From the NCBI GenBank assembly GCA_963771175.1, contig CAVYSY010000032.1, positions 32,001 to 96,000 of the forward strand: a DNA stretch of 64,000 bases, given 5' to 3'. Shown here one piece after another: positions 33,544 to 43,336 of this stretch (its first letter is position 1; every line of letters begins with the position of its first letter). The translations under genes and the position numbers were made by a program. The stretch is from an uncultured delta proteobacterium (GTDB taxonomy: Bacteria > Myxococcota > Myxococcia > Myxococcales > Myxococcaceae). The notes beneath the pieces are model-generated. The model was not told where the DNA came from. It ran no database searches and saw only the letters and a program-made list of their open reading frames with translations.

Positions 33544-35910
33544 CCACCAAGATTCGGCCAGAGCACTTGGCCAGACCCGCGCTGGTGTACATCCGCCAGT
33601 CCACCCTGTTGCAGGTCCACGAGAATCGGGAGTCAACCGAGCGCCAGTACGCCCTGGTGGAGCTGGCCAAGAAACTCGGCTGGGACGCCACCCAGGTCGA
33701 GGTCATCGATGAGGACCTGGGGCAGAGCGGTGCCAGTGCTGCCCGGCGCAAGGGCTTCCAGCGGCTGACGGCCGAGGTCAGCCTCGGCAAGGTAGGCGCC
33801 GTCTTGTCGCTGGAGGTGTCACGCCTGGCGCGCTCCTCGTCCGATTGGCATCGGTTGCTGGATTTGTGCGCGCTCTCCGACACGCTCATCATCGACGACG
33901 ATGGCGTCTACGACGCCAACGACTTCAACGACCGGCTGGTGCTGGGCATGAAGGGCACCATGAGTGACGCCGAGCGCCACTCCATGCGCCTGCGCCTGCA
34001 AGGCGGCATCCTGCACAAGGCGAAGAAGGGTGAGCTCGTCTACCCCCCTCCCACCGGCTACGTCTTCGACAACGGTGCGCTCGTCTTCGACCCCGACGAG
34101 CAGGTGCAGAAGGCCATCCGCCTTCTTTTCGAGCGCTTCCGCCTGGAAGGCAGTGTCAGCGGGGCCGTGCGCTACTTCAATCGCCACAAACTGCTCTTCC
34201 CCTCACGACATGCCCACCGGGGCGCTCCGGCGGAAATTCACTGGCACGCGCTGGACGTCCCGCGTGCCGTATCCATCCTGCGCAACCCGGTGTACGCCGG
34301 AGCCTATGCGTGGGGCCGCAATCGCGATCGGCGCGTCCTCGTCGAAGGAGCGGTGCGTCGCAAGCACGAGACGCTCCAGGAGCGTGAACAGTGGCATGCA
34401 TTCCTGCGCGATGCGCACCCCGCGTACATCTCCTGGGAGCAACACCTGGAGAACTTGAAGCGCCTCGAAGACAACGCCATCAAGGGGGCGCATGTGCGTG
34501 GCCGTGGTGCGCCACGCGGAGGTCTGGCGCTGCTCCAGGGGCTGGTGCTGTGCGGCAAGTGTGGCCGGCGGATGCACCCGGTCTACTCCGTCGCCGACGA
34601 CCCCAGCTACCAGTGCACCAAGCGCATGTACGGTGAGGGCAACTGCTGGTCCACTGTCGCACGCCGCATTGACGACAAGATAGTCGAGGCCCTGCTCGCG
34701 GCTTTCGCCCCGCCCGAATTGGACCTGTCGCTGGCGGTCCTCAAGGAGGTGGAACGGCAGGCCGAGGATGTCAACCGCCAGTGGAAGCTGCGCCTGGAGC
34801 GGGTGCGCTACGAGGCCCAGCGCGCCGAGCGCCAGTACAACGCCGTGGAGCCGGAGAATCGCGTGGTGGCCCGCACGCTGGAGTCGCGCTGGAACCAGAC
34901 GCTCGAGGAGCTCGCGCGGGTCGAGCATGAATACGAGCAGGCCAGGAGCACGAGTCCGCTGGAACTCTCGGACAAGGACAAGAAGAAGATACTGGCGCTG
35001 GCGGGCGACCTTCCAGGGCTGTGGAACGCGCCGACCACGACCAACTCGGACAAGAAACGGATACTGCGGCTGCTCATCCAGGAGGTGGTGCTCTCGCCGG
35101 TGGACGTGCCAAAGCGGGCCACCCGCATCCGCATCCTCTGGAAGACGGGAGCCATCACCGAGTTGCAAACGCCTCGGCCCACGTTTTCTGAATCCAGAAG
35201 GACGTCACCCCAGGTCATCGCTGAGATTCGCAAGCTCGCCAGGAAGCATTACTGCGATTCGCAGATAGCAGAGGAACTCAACCGGAGTGGCTTGAAGAGC
35301 GGCCTGCGCCACACCTTCACCCACCGCCTGGTGGCGGGCATTCGCAAGCGACAGGGCATTCGTGCTGGACGAACTGCTGGAGGATTCAGCATCCGGGCGC
35401 CCGAGCGCGACGAGCAGGGGCTCTATTCCATCCGCGGTCTGATCGCGCATTTCGGAGTGACGGCCCCCATGGTCCACTACTGGGTCAACCGCGGCCTGCT
35501 CACCCCCGTGCACAGCCGCACGCCCATGCACAAATGGAACAAGGAGCCCTTCTGGTTCGAGATGACGCCCGAATTGGAGGCGCTCCTGGCCAAGGCGCGC
35601 GACCAGGGCTACGAGCCGGGCAAGCCGCCGCATCGCGCATCCACAATGGCCTTCCGCGCCCGCCGGCTCGTCTGCCTGACGGCCGCTACTCCACGCGCGG
35701 TCTCGTCGAGAAGTACGGAGTAACCTGGGACACCGTGCGGGTACTGGATAAAGAAGGGCATCCTCACGCCCGAGCGCGCTCTACCGAAGGGCGAATTTCT
35801 GCTTCCGGCTGACCCCCAAGGTGGAGCGACACATCCAGGCCGCCCTTGCTCGAAAACGGAGATCGCGCGGTTCCACGCAGCACCACCATCATCACATCCA
35901 TTCCCGCTAA
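33540..35910 (+). CDS. Large serine recombinase (resolvase + recombinase + Zn ribbon + coiled coil + C-terminal HTHs; 3' end frameshifted)
   Basis: YIRQST catalytic Ser, DLGQSG..RKGF, SRLARS, ILRNPVYAG, HPAYISWE, LLQGLVLCGKCGRRM. The ORF track stops at 35723, but a homologous HTH repeat continues in other frames to TAA at 35908-35910. Confidence 0.93.
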
Positions 35911-35918
35911 CACAGGTG

Positions 35919-36653
35919 GGTTCCGGTAACAGCCAGAGCGCCAGGTACAGGCCCGCGGCCCACACCAGCGAAGAGAGCAGCGCCTGCGGGCTGAGCTCGC
36001 GCCCAAGGGCCGCTCGCGTCTCGTCGAGCACTCCTCCGAAGGCCAGGGCGAGCGCCAGGGTGCGCCTGTCGTCGGTGCGCAGGTAGGGCCCATCCGTGAA
36101 GAGTCCCAGGCAGTCGCCGCCGCCGCGTGGCTGACACCACCGGAGGTACTTCTCCTTGAGCGCCGCCTCGGCCTCGGGGACGAGCGGGCCCTTATCGGTG
36201 AGGGGCACCAGCGTGAGGACCCTGTCTCGGTACACCTCGGCGAGCAGCTCCTCCTCGGGCATGGCCTGGAGCAGCCCTTGCGCGGCCTCTTGGGGCGTCC
36301 CCTGCACCTGGTGGTGCTGGAGGAGCTGTGCCACCGCGCGCTGGTACTCCTCCCGCGTGACGGCCACCACCCGCGTTTTCCCCCGCCTCGACGTGGCCCG
36401 CGTACACGACGACCACCGGCTGCAGCTCCCTCGGCGCCGCTCGCGCCTCGCTTTCCGCTGCCTCCTCCCAGCCGCGGCGACCCCCCTCCCCCTGCCTCGC
36501 CGCCGGGCCCTGCGTCGCGCAGGCCGCGTGGAGGAAGAGGACGATGAGCCAGAGGGCGCCGGCCGGTGCCCAGCGTGTCGGGCCCCGCCGCCGCGGCTCG
36601 AGCTGCGTACCGCCGCCCTCCCCCACCCCAGGACTCCGGTACTCCTTCGACAT
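35919..36653 (-). pseudogene. SitA5-type polymorphic toxin lipoprotein, 5' half (frameshift near 36380)
   Basis: Lipobox LWLIVLFLHAAC; YLRWCQPRGGGDCLGL..DRRTLALALAFGGVLDETR..YLALWLLPEP up to the att core. Confidence 0.8.
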
Positions 36654-36910
36654 GGTGCGGCCCTTTCCCCCAGAAGAAACAGCCCTGAAGGATAGGATGC
36701 GGGCTTCCCAACCCTACAGGGGGGGAGGCCCGCACAGGCCCGGAGTCTCAGCTGCCGCTACTGGCGGCCCCTAGAGGCGGCGCCCCCTCGTTGGTCGCCG
36801 GCCAACCGCCTCTGCCGTCAGGGTGCCGAGGTAGGCCTGCACAAGCGTGCTCGATAGGGACGCCGGGCCAGTAAGTGCCCAGGTTCACAGGGATTTGCAG
36901 GCTCACCCGG

Positions 36911-37444
36911 CTACCCGCGCCCGGGTCCGTCCTTCTCCCCGGCGTCCAGCTCGCCCCCCGGCTCGCCATCGATGCGGCGCAGGGAGGGAAGACTCCCGAA
37001 CGGCTCCTCCCGAGCAGGAGGTCCGAAGGGGTCCCCGGGAAACGGACCCGTGCGGAAGGTGGTGACACGCAGCGTGCCCGCCGCCATGCGGCGCTCGAGC
37101 CTCCGCCGCACCAGCGCGGCCACGAGCCGGCGCGTCGGGGGCAACAGCAGGAAGAGGCCGGCGACGTCGGTGAGCACCCCCGGCCATACCAGCAGCACCC
37201 CGCCCACCAGGATGAGTACCCCACCCAGCAGGCCCTCCTCGGGCATGCGGCCCCGCGCGAGCGACTCCTGCCAGCGACGGAGGACACGCACTCCCTCCCT
37301 CCTGGCCAGCAGGGAACCCACCAGCCCCGCGGCGAGCACCATGCCTACCGTGGGCCAGAGGCCGACTTCCCGGCCAAGGGCCAGCAGCAGGTACAGGTCC
37401 AGGAGCGGGACGACCACGAACGCGAGGAATAGGTACTTGAACAC
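36911..37444 (-). CDS. fxsA: FxsA family membrane protein
   Basis: FVVVPLLDLYLL..G.WPT..GSLLARREG..GGVLLVWPGVLTDVAGLFLLLPPTR. Confidence 0.9.
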   Translation of the reverse strand: MFKYLFLAFVVVPLLDLYLLLALGREVGLWPTVGMVLAAGLVGSLLARREGVRVLRRWQESLARGRMPEEGLLGGVLILVGGVLLVWPGVLTDVAGLFLLLPPTRRLVAALVRRRLERRMAAGTLRVTTFRTGPFPGDPFGPPAREEPFGSLPSLRRIDGEPGGELDAGEKDGPGRG

Positions 37445-37453
37445 CCCTCCAAC

Positions 37454-38176
37454 CTAACGCCCCGCGCCCGCCAGCGCCTGGAGGAAGTCGTGGATGCGCG
37501 CGGCGTTCGCTCCCAGGTCCCCCCGTCCCACCCGCGACTTCGAGCGCATGTCCACCCGCGTCCCCCCGCCCTCCTCCGGCCGCACCCGCACCACGAAGTC
37601 GTCCTGGAAGCGGAAGACACGGGTCACCGCCACGCCCTCGAAGGTGCGCGCCTGGGGCTCCACGTGCGTCACCGTCCACCCGGGGCGCGCCCGCGCCAGC
37701 GCGACCGCCCGCTCGAAGACCGCGTCCGGGGGCTCGGCCAGCTTCAAGGGCTTCAGGTCCGCGTAGAAACGCGTCATCACGGGCTTGAAGTCCTCGGGGT
37801 AGCTCAGGTTCTTCCCGGCGTTCTCCGGCAGCGTCTGGGCATGGGTGAAGGCGGGCACGTCCTGGAGGTCCGTGCTGATGTCGTTGATGGGGGGCTTGCC
37901 ACCACCCGCGAAGGCCGGGATCAGCACCACGCCCAGCGCCAGGAACCCGAGCGCCACCGCCGTGAGACCGGGAGCCACCTTGCCCCGGATCGCGGAGATG
38001 ATGCCCGCGAATATGCCCACGATGCCCACCAGCGCCGCGAGGCCGAAGACGAGCAGGGCCTGCATCCCGGGGAGCACCCCGAGAAAGGCCAGCAGCGGCC
38101 CGAGGACCAGCAACACCAGCGCGACGAGCGAGATCCGCAACGACCAGGAGCGAAGCATGCGAGAGGCATGCGTCAC
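37454..38176 (-). CDS. DUF1499 family membrane protein
   Basis: Three TMs; PPINDISTD, EGVAVTRVFRFQDDFVVRV, VDMRSKSRVGRGDLGANAARI. Confidence 0.88.
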   Translation of the reverse strand: MTHASRMLRSWSLRISLVALVLLVLGPLLAFLGVLPGMQALLVFGLAALVGIVGIFAGIISAIRGKVAPGLTAVALGFLALGVVLIPAFAGGGKPPINDISTDLQDVPAFTHAQTLPENAGKNLSYPEDFKPVMTRFYADLKPLKLAEPPDAVFERAVALARARPGWTVTHVEPQARTFEGVAVTRVFRFQDDFVVRVRPEEGGGTRVDMRSKSRVGRGDLGANAARIHDFLQALAGAGR

Positions 38177-38200
38177 CGGCGCCGTGAAATCCAGCCTTTT

Positions 38201-38716
38201 TCAGCCGCCGAGGTTGCCGCCAATCCAGTCCATCACCAGGTACAGCAGCACGAAGAAGCCGATGACCCCGAAGAAGAACTTCGTCGTCGGCTGGAAGCCC
38301 TCGCTCCCGGTGGCGGTGCTGCTGGGCAGGGCCTCGACCATCCCGAGCGTCTCCCCCGCGTAGCGCGCGGTGCGCTCGTACTGCTCCGCCACCAGCCCGC
38401 CATCCTGGGCCGAGAGCGCGCGCCCGAGCTGCGGATCGAAGACGCGGACCTCGGCCTCCTTGGCCACCTCGGCCACCCGGGAGACCACCTCGCGCACGAG
38501 CTCGGTCCGGTCCGACAGGGGCACGCGCACCTCGGTGGCCACCCACTGGCCCCCCTCGCGCAAGGGGTGGAGCTCCACCGCGCCGTATTCGAGCTGCCAG
38601 GCATGCCCACCGCTCGGCAGTGCCTTCGCCCCCCGGGCTTCCAGGAGGGCCTCCACCCGGGCGCTGTCGAAAGGCGTCCCGGGGACCATCGATTGAAGGA
38701 GCAGGTCGTATCTCAC
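38201..38716 (-). CDS. Hypothetical protein with C-terminal TM
   Basis: GTG start VRYDLLL..; VRVFDPQLGR; C-terminal hydrophobic helix. Confidence 0.7.
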   Translation of the reverse strand: MRYDLLLQSMVPGTPFDSARVEALLEARGAKALPSGGHAWQLEYGAVELHPLREGGQWVATEVRVPLSDRTELVREVVSRVAEVAKEAEVRVFDPQLGRALSAQDGGLVAEQYERTARYAGETLGMVEALPSSTATGSEGFQPTTKFFFGVIGFFVLLYLVMDWIGGNLGG

Positions 38717-38746
38717 GCGGGTTGGAAGTATACGCCTGCACCAGCC

Positions 38747-40040
38747 ATGCCCAAGCCAACCACCCCAGGTCCCCGTCGCGATCGCCGTCCCGGAGCTCCC
38801 TCCGGCCGGAAGCCCTTCCCGCAGCGCCCGGAGAAGCCCGCCCCGGACCGGACCACTCCAGACATCGGGCCGGACGGACTGCCCCAGGTCTCCCTCATCC
38901 GCCGAGGCGTCGACCGCTGGCAGGCCGGTCACCCGTGGATCTACCGCGCCGACCTCAACGGCGACCCCGCCCTGGAAGGGGGCGAGGTGGTGCGCGTGAT
39001 GGATGCTCGCGGCTGGTTCCTGGGCAAGGCCTTCTACTCGAAGCAGTCGAAGATCTCCCTGCGTTGGCTGTCCTACGAGGACGTGGCGGTGGACACGGAC
39101 TTCTTCCGCCAGCGTCTGGCCCTGGCGGAGGCGATGCGTCGGCGCGCCCTGCCGGGGGAGACCACCTACCGCGTGGTTCACGGCGAGGCGGACCTGCTGC
39201 CCGGTCTCGTGGTGGACCGCTATGGCGACTGCTTGAGCGTCCAGTTCCTCACGCCGGGCACCGAGCAGCGCAAGGAGATGTTCGTGGACCTGCTGGTGGA
39301 GCTGTTCAAGCCGCGCGCCATCGTCAACCGCTCGGACGTGGGCGTGCGCGCGCTCGAGGGCCTGCCCCAGGAGAAGGGCGTGCTGTACGGCGACGCTGCC
39401 CGGGCCGGTGGCCTATGACGAGGGCCTGGTGCGCGTGCGCGCGGACCTGCTGGAGGGCCAGAAGACGGGCTCCTTCCTGGACCAGCGGGAGAACCACGTG
39501 ATGGCGTCGCAGTACGCCTTTGGCGAGGCGCTGGACTGCTTCTCCTACGTGGGCGGCTTCGCGCTGCAGCTCGCCACGCGGGCCGAGAAGGTCACGGCGG
39601 TGGAGATCTCCGACGCGGCGGCCGCGCAGCTCCGCGAGAACGCCACGGCCAACAAGCTGCCCAACGTGGAAGTGGTGGTGGCCAACGCCTTCGACTTCCT
39701 GCGCGACGCGGTGGACGAGGGCCGGCGCTTCGACACCATCGTGTTGGATCCGCCCTCGTTCGCGAAGAACAAGGACGCCATCGAGGGGGCGCTGCGCGGG
39801 TACAAGGAGATCAACCTGCGCGCCATCCAGCTCCTGCGGCCGGGCGGCTACCTCATCTCCGCGAGCTGCACGTACCACATCGACGAGCAGGGCTTCGAGG
39901 ACATGCTGGCCTCGGCGGCGACGGACGCGAAGCGGCGGGTGCAGATCATCGAGAAGCGCGGGGCGGGCAAGGACCACCCGGTGCTGCTGAACCTGCGCGA
40001 GACGCGCTACCTGAAGTGCTTCGTGCTCCGGGTGCTGTGA
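38747..40040 (+). CDS. rlmI: RlmI-like 23S rRNA m5C methyltransferase with PUA domain (frameshift near 39395)
   Basis: GHPWIY, RVVHGEADLLPGLVVDRY, GQKTGSFLDQREN, LDCFSYVGGF, LDPPSFAK, SCTYH, ETRYLK. Confidence 0.88.
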
Positions 40041-40052
40041 GCCGCTGATTCC

Positions 40053-40538
40053 ATGCGTCATCCGGACTGGGACGACACCGACGACGAGGCCCCCTCGGGC
40101 ACGCGTGCGCGCGAGGAGGCGCGTGCCCTCCAGGAGCTGCGGGCCATCTACCGGCAAGCGGATGCGGCCTACGCGCCCTTCTCGTGCCCGGCGAGCGGGG
40201 AGTGCTGCCAGCTCGCCAAGACGAAGCGCCAGCCCTGGCTGTGGTACCCCGAGTGGCTGCTGCTCGCGCGGAGCCACCCGCTGCCGCCCCCTCGGGAGGA
40301 CGGTGGCTGTCCCTACCTGGACGCGGCGGGAAAGCGCTGCACCGTGTACGCGGATCGTCCGTTCGGCTGCCGAACCTTCTTCTGTGAACGCATCCGGGGG
40401 CCGGCCCGCCAGCCAGGGGACACGGTGAACGCCCTGCTGGTACGGTTGGAGCGCGTCTCGCAACGCCTCCTGCCCTCATTGACCGGGCCTCGGCCCATCC
40501 TCGAGTGGCACGCGGAGGCCTCTGACCCCGAGGAGTAA
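40053..40538 (+). CDS. YkgJ-family cysteine-cluster protein
   Basis: CPASGECC..GCPYLD..CTVYADRPFGCRTFFC. Confidence 0.85.
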   Translation: MRHPDWDDTDDEAPSGTRAREEARALQELRAIYRQADAAYAPFSCPASGECCQLAKTKRQPWLWYPEWLLLARSHPLPPPREDGGCPYLDAAGKRCTVYADRPFGCRTFFCERIRGPARQPGDTVNALLVRLERVSQRLLPSLTGPRPILEWHAEASDPEE

Positions 40539-40540
40539 CC

Positions 40541-40921
40541 ATGAGTCCCAGGCCGTGGTCCGGTGTCGTGGTGCTGGCCGTCCTCCTCCAGATGGGCTGC
40601 GTCGCCGGCGCCGTGAGCGGGGCGGTCATCAACGCCGCGTTGAACACGGGCGTCGCGGTGGGCGCGTCCGCGGTCTCGCGCTCCCAGGGCGGCTGCTATG
40701 CCTCGTGCCCCGCGGGGACCACGTGCAACAAGACCACGGGGTACTGCGATCCCCTCCCCTGCCGTGGCGAGTGCGACCCCTTCGAGGAGTGCATCGAGGA
40801 GACGCTGGTCTACCGCTGTGTCGCGCGGAGCCCGGGGACCGGAAACATCATCGTCAATCCCCCCCAGACGTCCTCGGAGCAGAAGCCCGAGGAGCAGAAG
40901 CCCGCTGAGCCCAAACCGTGA
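40541..40921 (+). CDS. Small Cys-rich lipoprotein
   Basis: Lipobox LQMGC; CYASCPAGTTCNKTTGYCDPLPCRGEC. Confidence 0.75.
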   Translation: MSPRPWSGVVVLAVLLQMGCVAGAVSGAVINAALNTGVAVGASAVSRSQGGCYASCPAGTTCNKTTGYCDPLPCRGECDPFEECIEETLVYRCVARSPGTGNIIVNPPQTSSEQKPEEQKPAEPKP

Positions 40922-42018
40922 GCCGCTGGCTCGTCGCGCCCCAGGAGTTCAAGGGGACCCTCACCGCCACCGAGGCCGCCACCGCCCTGGCCGAGGGGCT
41001 GCGTCAGGGCGCGCCCGGAGTGGAGCTGGACGTGGCACCGCTCGCGGATGGTGGACCGGGCACGGTGGAGGCGCTGCTCGCGGGCGTGGGTGGCGAGCGG
41101 GTGACTCGCACCGTGCGGGGTCCGCTCGGCGCGCCCGTGCGAGCCACCTATGGACTGCTGGACTCGGGACGCACGGCCGTCATCGAGATGGCCGCGGCCT
41201 CCGGGCTGTCCCTGCTCACTCCCCGCGAGCGTGACCCGCGACACGCCTCCACCTTCGGCACCGGCGAGCTGATGCGCGCGGCCCTGGACGCCGGATGTGA
41301 ACGGCTCATCCTCGGACTTGGCGGCAGCGCCACCAACGACGGCGGGACGGGGGCGCTCGCGGCGCTCGGGTTCCGGTTCCTCGACGAGCACGGTGCTCCC
41401 CTTCCCCCGGGTGGGGCCGAGCTGAAACGGCTCGCGCGGGTGGATGCGAGCGGACGGCATCCGCGACTCTCCGAGGTGGAGCTGCTCGTGGCCTCGGATG
41501 TCACCGCGCCGCTGCTGGGCCCGGATGGGGCCTCGCGCCTCTTCGGGCCCCAGAAGGGAGCGGACGAGGCGACCGTGGCCGAGCTGGAATCGGCCCTGGC
41601 CCGGCTCGCCGAGGTCGTCTCGCCCGAGAATGCCAACCTGCCCGGGGCGGGCGCGGCGGGAGGCTTCGGTTACGGGCTCACGGCCCTGGCTGGAGGGAAG
41701 CTCGTCTCCGGATACGGGCTGGTGGCCCGGACGCTCCGGCTGCCCGAGCGACTCGCCGCCGCGGAGGCCGTGCTCACCGGCGAGGGACGCTTCGACCGGC
41801 AGACGGCGCTCGGCAAGGGTCCCGGTGTCCTGGCCCGGGAGGCGCGTGCGCTCGGCAGGCGCACGGTGATGTTCGCGGGAATCGTGACGCCCGACATGTA
41901 CCCGAGCACCTCTCCCTTCGATGAGGTGGTCGAGGTGTCCGCGCTCGCTCCGGCCGGTGCCTCCTACTTCGAGGCCCTGCGCCATGCCGGTGCCTGGTGG
42001 GCTGCTCGAAGCAAGTAG
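40918..42018 (+). CDS. glxK: Glycerate kinase (GlxK/GarK family)
   Basis: APQEFKGTL, PLADGGPGT, IEMAAASGL, STFGTGEL, GLGGSATNDGG, FGPQKGA, GAGAAGG, TGEGRFDRQT. Confidence 0.93.
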   Translation: MSRWLVAPQEFKGTLTATEAATALAEGLRQGAPGVELDVAPLADGGPGTVEALLAGVGGERVTRTVRGPLGAPVRATYGLLDSGRTAVIEMAAASGLSLLTPRERDPRHASTFGTGELMRAALDAGCERLILGLGGSATNDGGTGALAALGFRFLDEHGAPLPPGGAELKRLARVDASGRHPRLSEVELLVASDVTAPLLGPDGASRLFGPQKGADEATVAELESALARLAEVVSPENANLPGAGAAGGFGYGLTALAGGKLVSGYGLVARTLRLPERLAAAEAVLTGEGRFDRQTALGKGPGVLAREARALGRRTVMFAGIVTPDMYPSTSPFDEVVEVSALAPAGASYFEALRHAGAWWAARSK

Positions 42019-42024
42019 GAAAGA

Positions 42025-43235
42025 ATGCCGGGCATGACAGAGACGGGGGAGAAGACGAGCAAGGCCGGGACGATCCTCACCCTCCTGGCGGTCGCCCTGC
42101 TGCTCCTGCTGGTGATGCTCGCTGGCGCGTACTGGCGCCTGGGTCAGCGGTTCCGGGAGGCCGGGGACGAGCTGGTCGCCGAGGTCCAGGCCCTCGCGAG
42201 CCTGCGCCGGGTACGCCCCGCCCACACGGACGCCCCGCCCCCCGGCTCGCTCGCCCAGGCCCTCGGGCCGCTGATGCCGGAGCTCCTTCGTCTCCACAAG
42301 GCCGAGCCCCGGTTGGAGGAGTCGATCAACGGCGCGTGCCGGGAAGTCCGTGAGGGGAAACGGCCCCTCGCGAAGCTGCCTCGGGAATGCCGCGAGGCGT
42401 TCGAGCGCGGCCGCCCGTTGATGCAACGCGCGCTCCTGGCCTCGCGGACCGAGGAGGCCGGTCTGCCCGAGGGGCTCCAGGCGCTCAGCGACCCCAGCCA
42501 AGAGTCGGGCACGGTGGCGCTACAGCATGTCGTCAAATTGGCCGCGCTCGAGGTGCGGTTCCAGCTCCAGGACGGACAGGCCGACGTCGCCCTGGAGACC
42601 TGCCTGGATGGGCTCGGGCTGGCACGGGACCTCGCACACGGCGGTGGGAGGAGCGTGTCTTCGGGCCCCTGTACGCGTTTGGCCGGCTGCTCGACCGGGA
42701 CCAGTTCGGCGCCCTTCCGGCCCAAGCGCGGGCCCTCGCAATGCAAGGCTCGGCCGACATGGGAGTGGAGATCCCCTTCGTCGCGCCCATCCTCATGCGC
42801 CACGCCATGGTCGAGTTCATGCGGCTCGAAGGGCAGATGGTTCCGCTCGTCGATCTCCCACTCTCGGTACGCGCCGGCCGGCTCGATGCGGTGGGCCGGG
42901 CCGCCGAGAGTTCGAGGAATCCCATCGTCAGCCAGGGCATGCCCGCCTTCGACAAGTTCGCCGCACGGGTGGACCAACAGCGGGCCCAGGTGGACCTGCT
43001 GCTCGCACTGGCGCTGGTGGAGACACACCGCGCCGAGCATGGCGAATGGCCCTCGACACTCCCGCCGCTCTACCCCGAGCGCGCGGTCCTGCTGCCCACG
43101 GCGTTGAAGCTCCAACCAGAAGGAGCGGACACGCTGCGCATCATTCCCGAGGAAGCGGACCTGCGGGAGCTCGAGGTCATCCTCGGCGCGGAGGGGCTGG
43201 ACCGCCAGGCGCTCAGCGTGACGGCGACCCCCTGA
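42025..43235 (+). CDS. Hypothetical membrane-anchored protein (frameshift near 42650)
   Basis: N-terminal TM; continues in ORF 42387-43235 (ALALVETHRAEHGEWPSTL). Confidence 0.6.
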
Positions 43236-43336
43236 GCACCGGAGCCTGCGCCCCAAGAAGCAGGGCGCTCATCAGGCTACACCCTCCCCTGCATTCCGTT
43301 GACGGCTCTCCGCGCTGTCGTCATGGTGAGTGCATC

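Larger units (their letters stand above)
33060..35926. mobile_element. Minimal large-serine-recombinase integrative element (~2.86 kb) with GGTTCCGG direct-repeat core
   Basis: GGTTCCGG at 33060-33067 and 35919-35926 (GGTTCCGGYAA); element genes lie on the opposite strand to the target; removal rejoins the toxin in frame. Confidence 0.9.

Noticed and set aside
33060..35926. Prophage or DDE insertion sequence with target-site duplication
   Set aside because: No phage genes, no DDE transposase and no terminal inverted repeats seen; the repeat fits a serine-recombinase crossover core.
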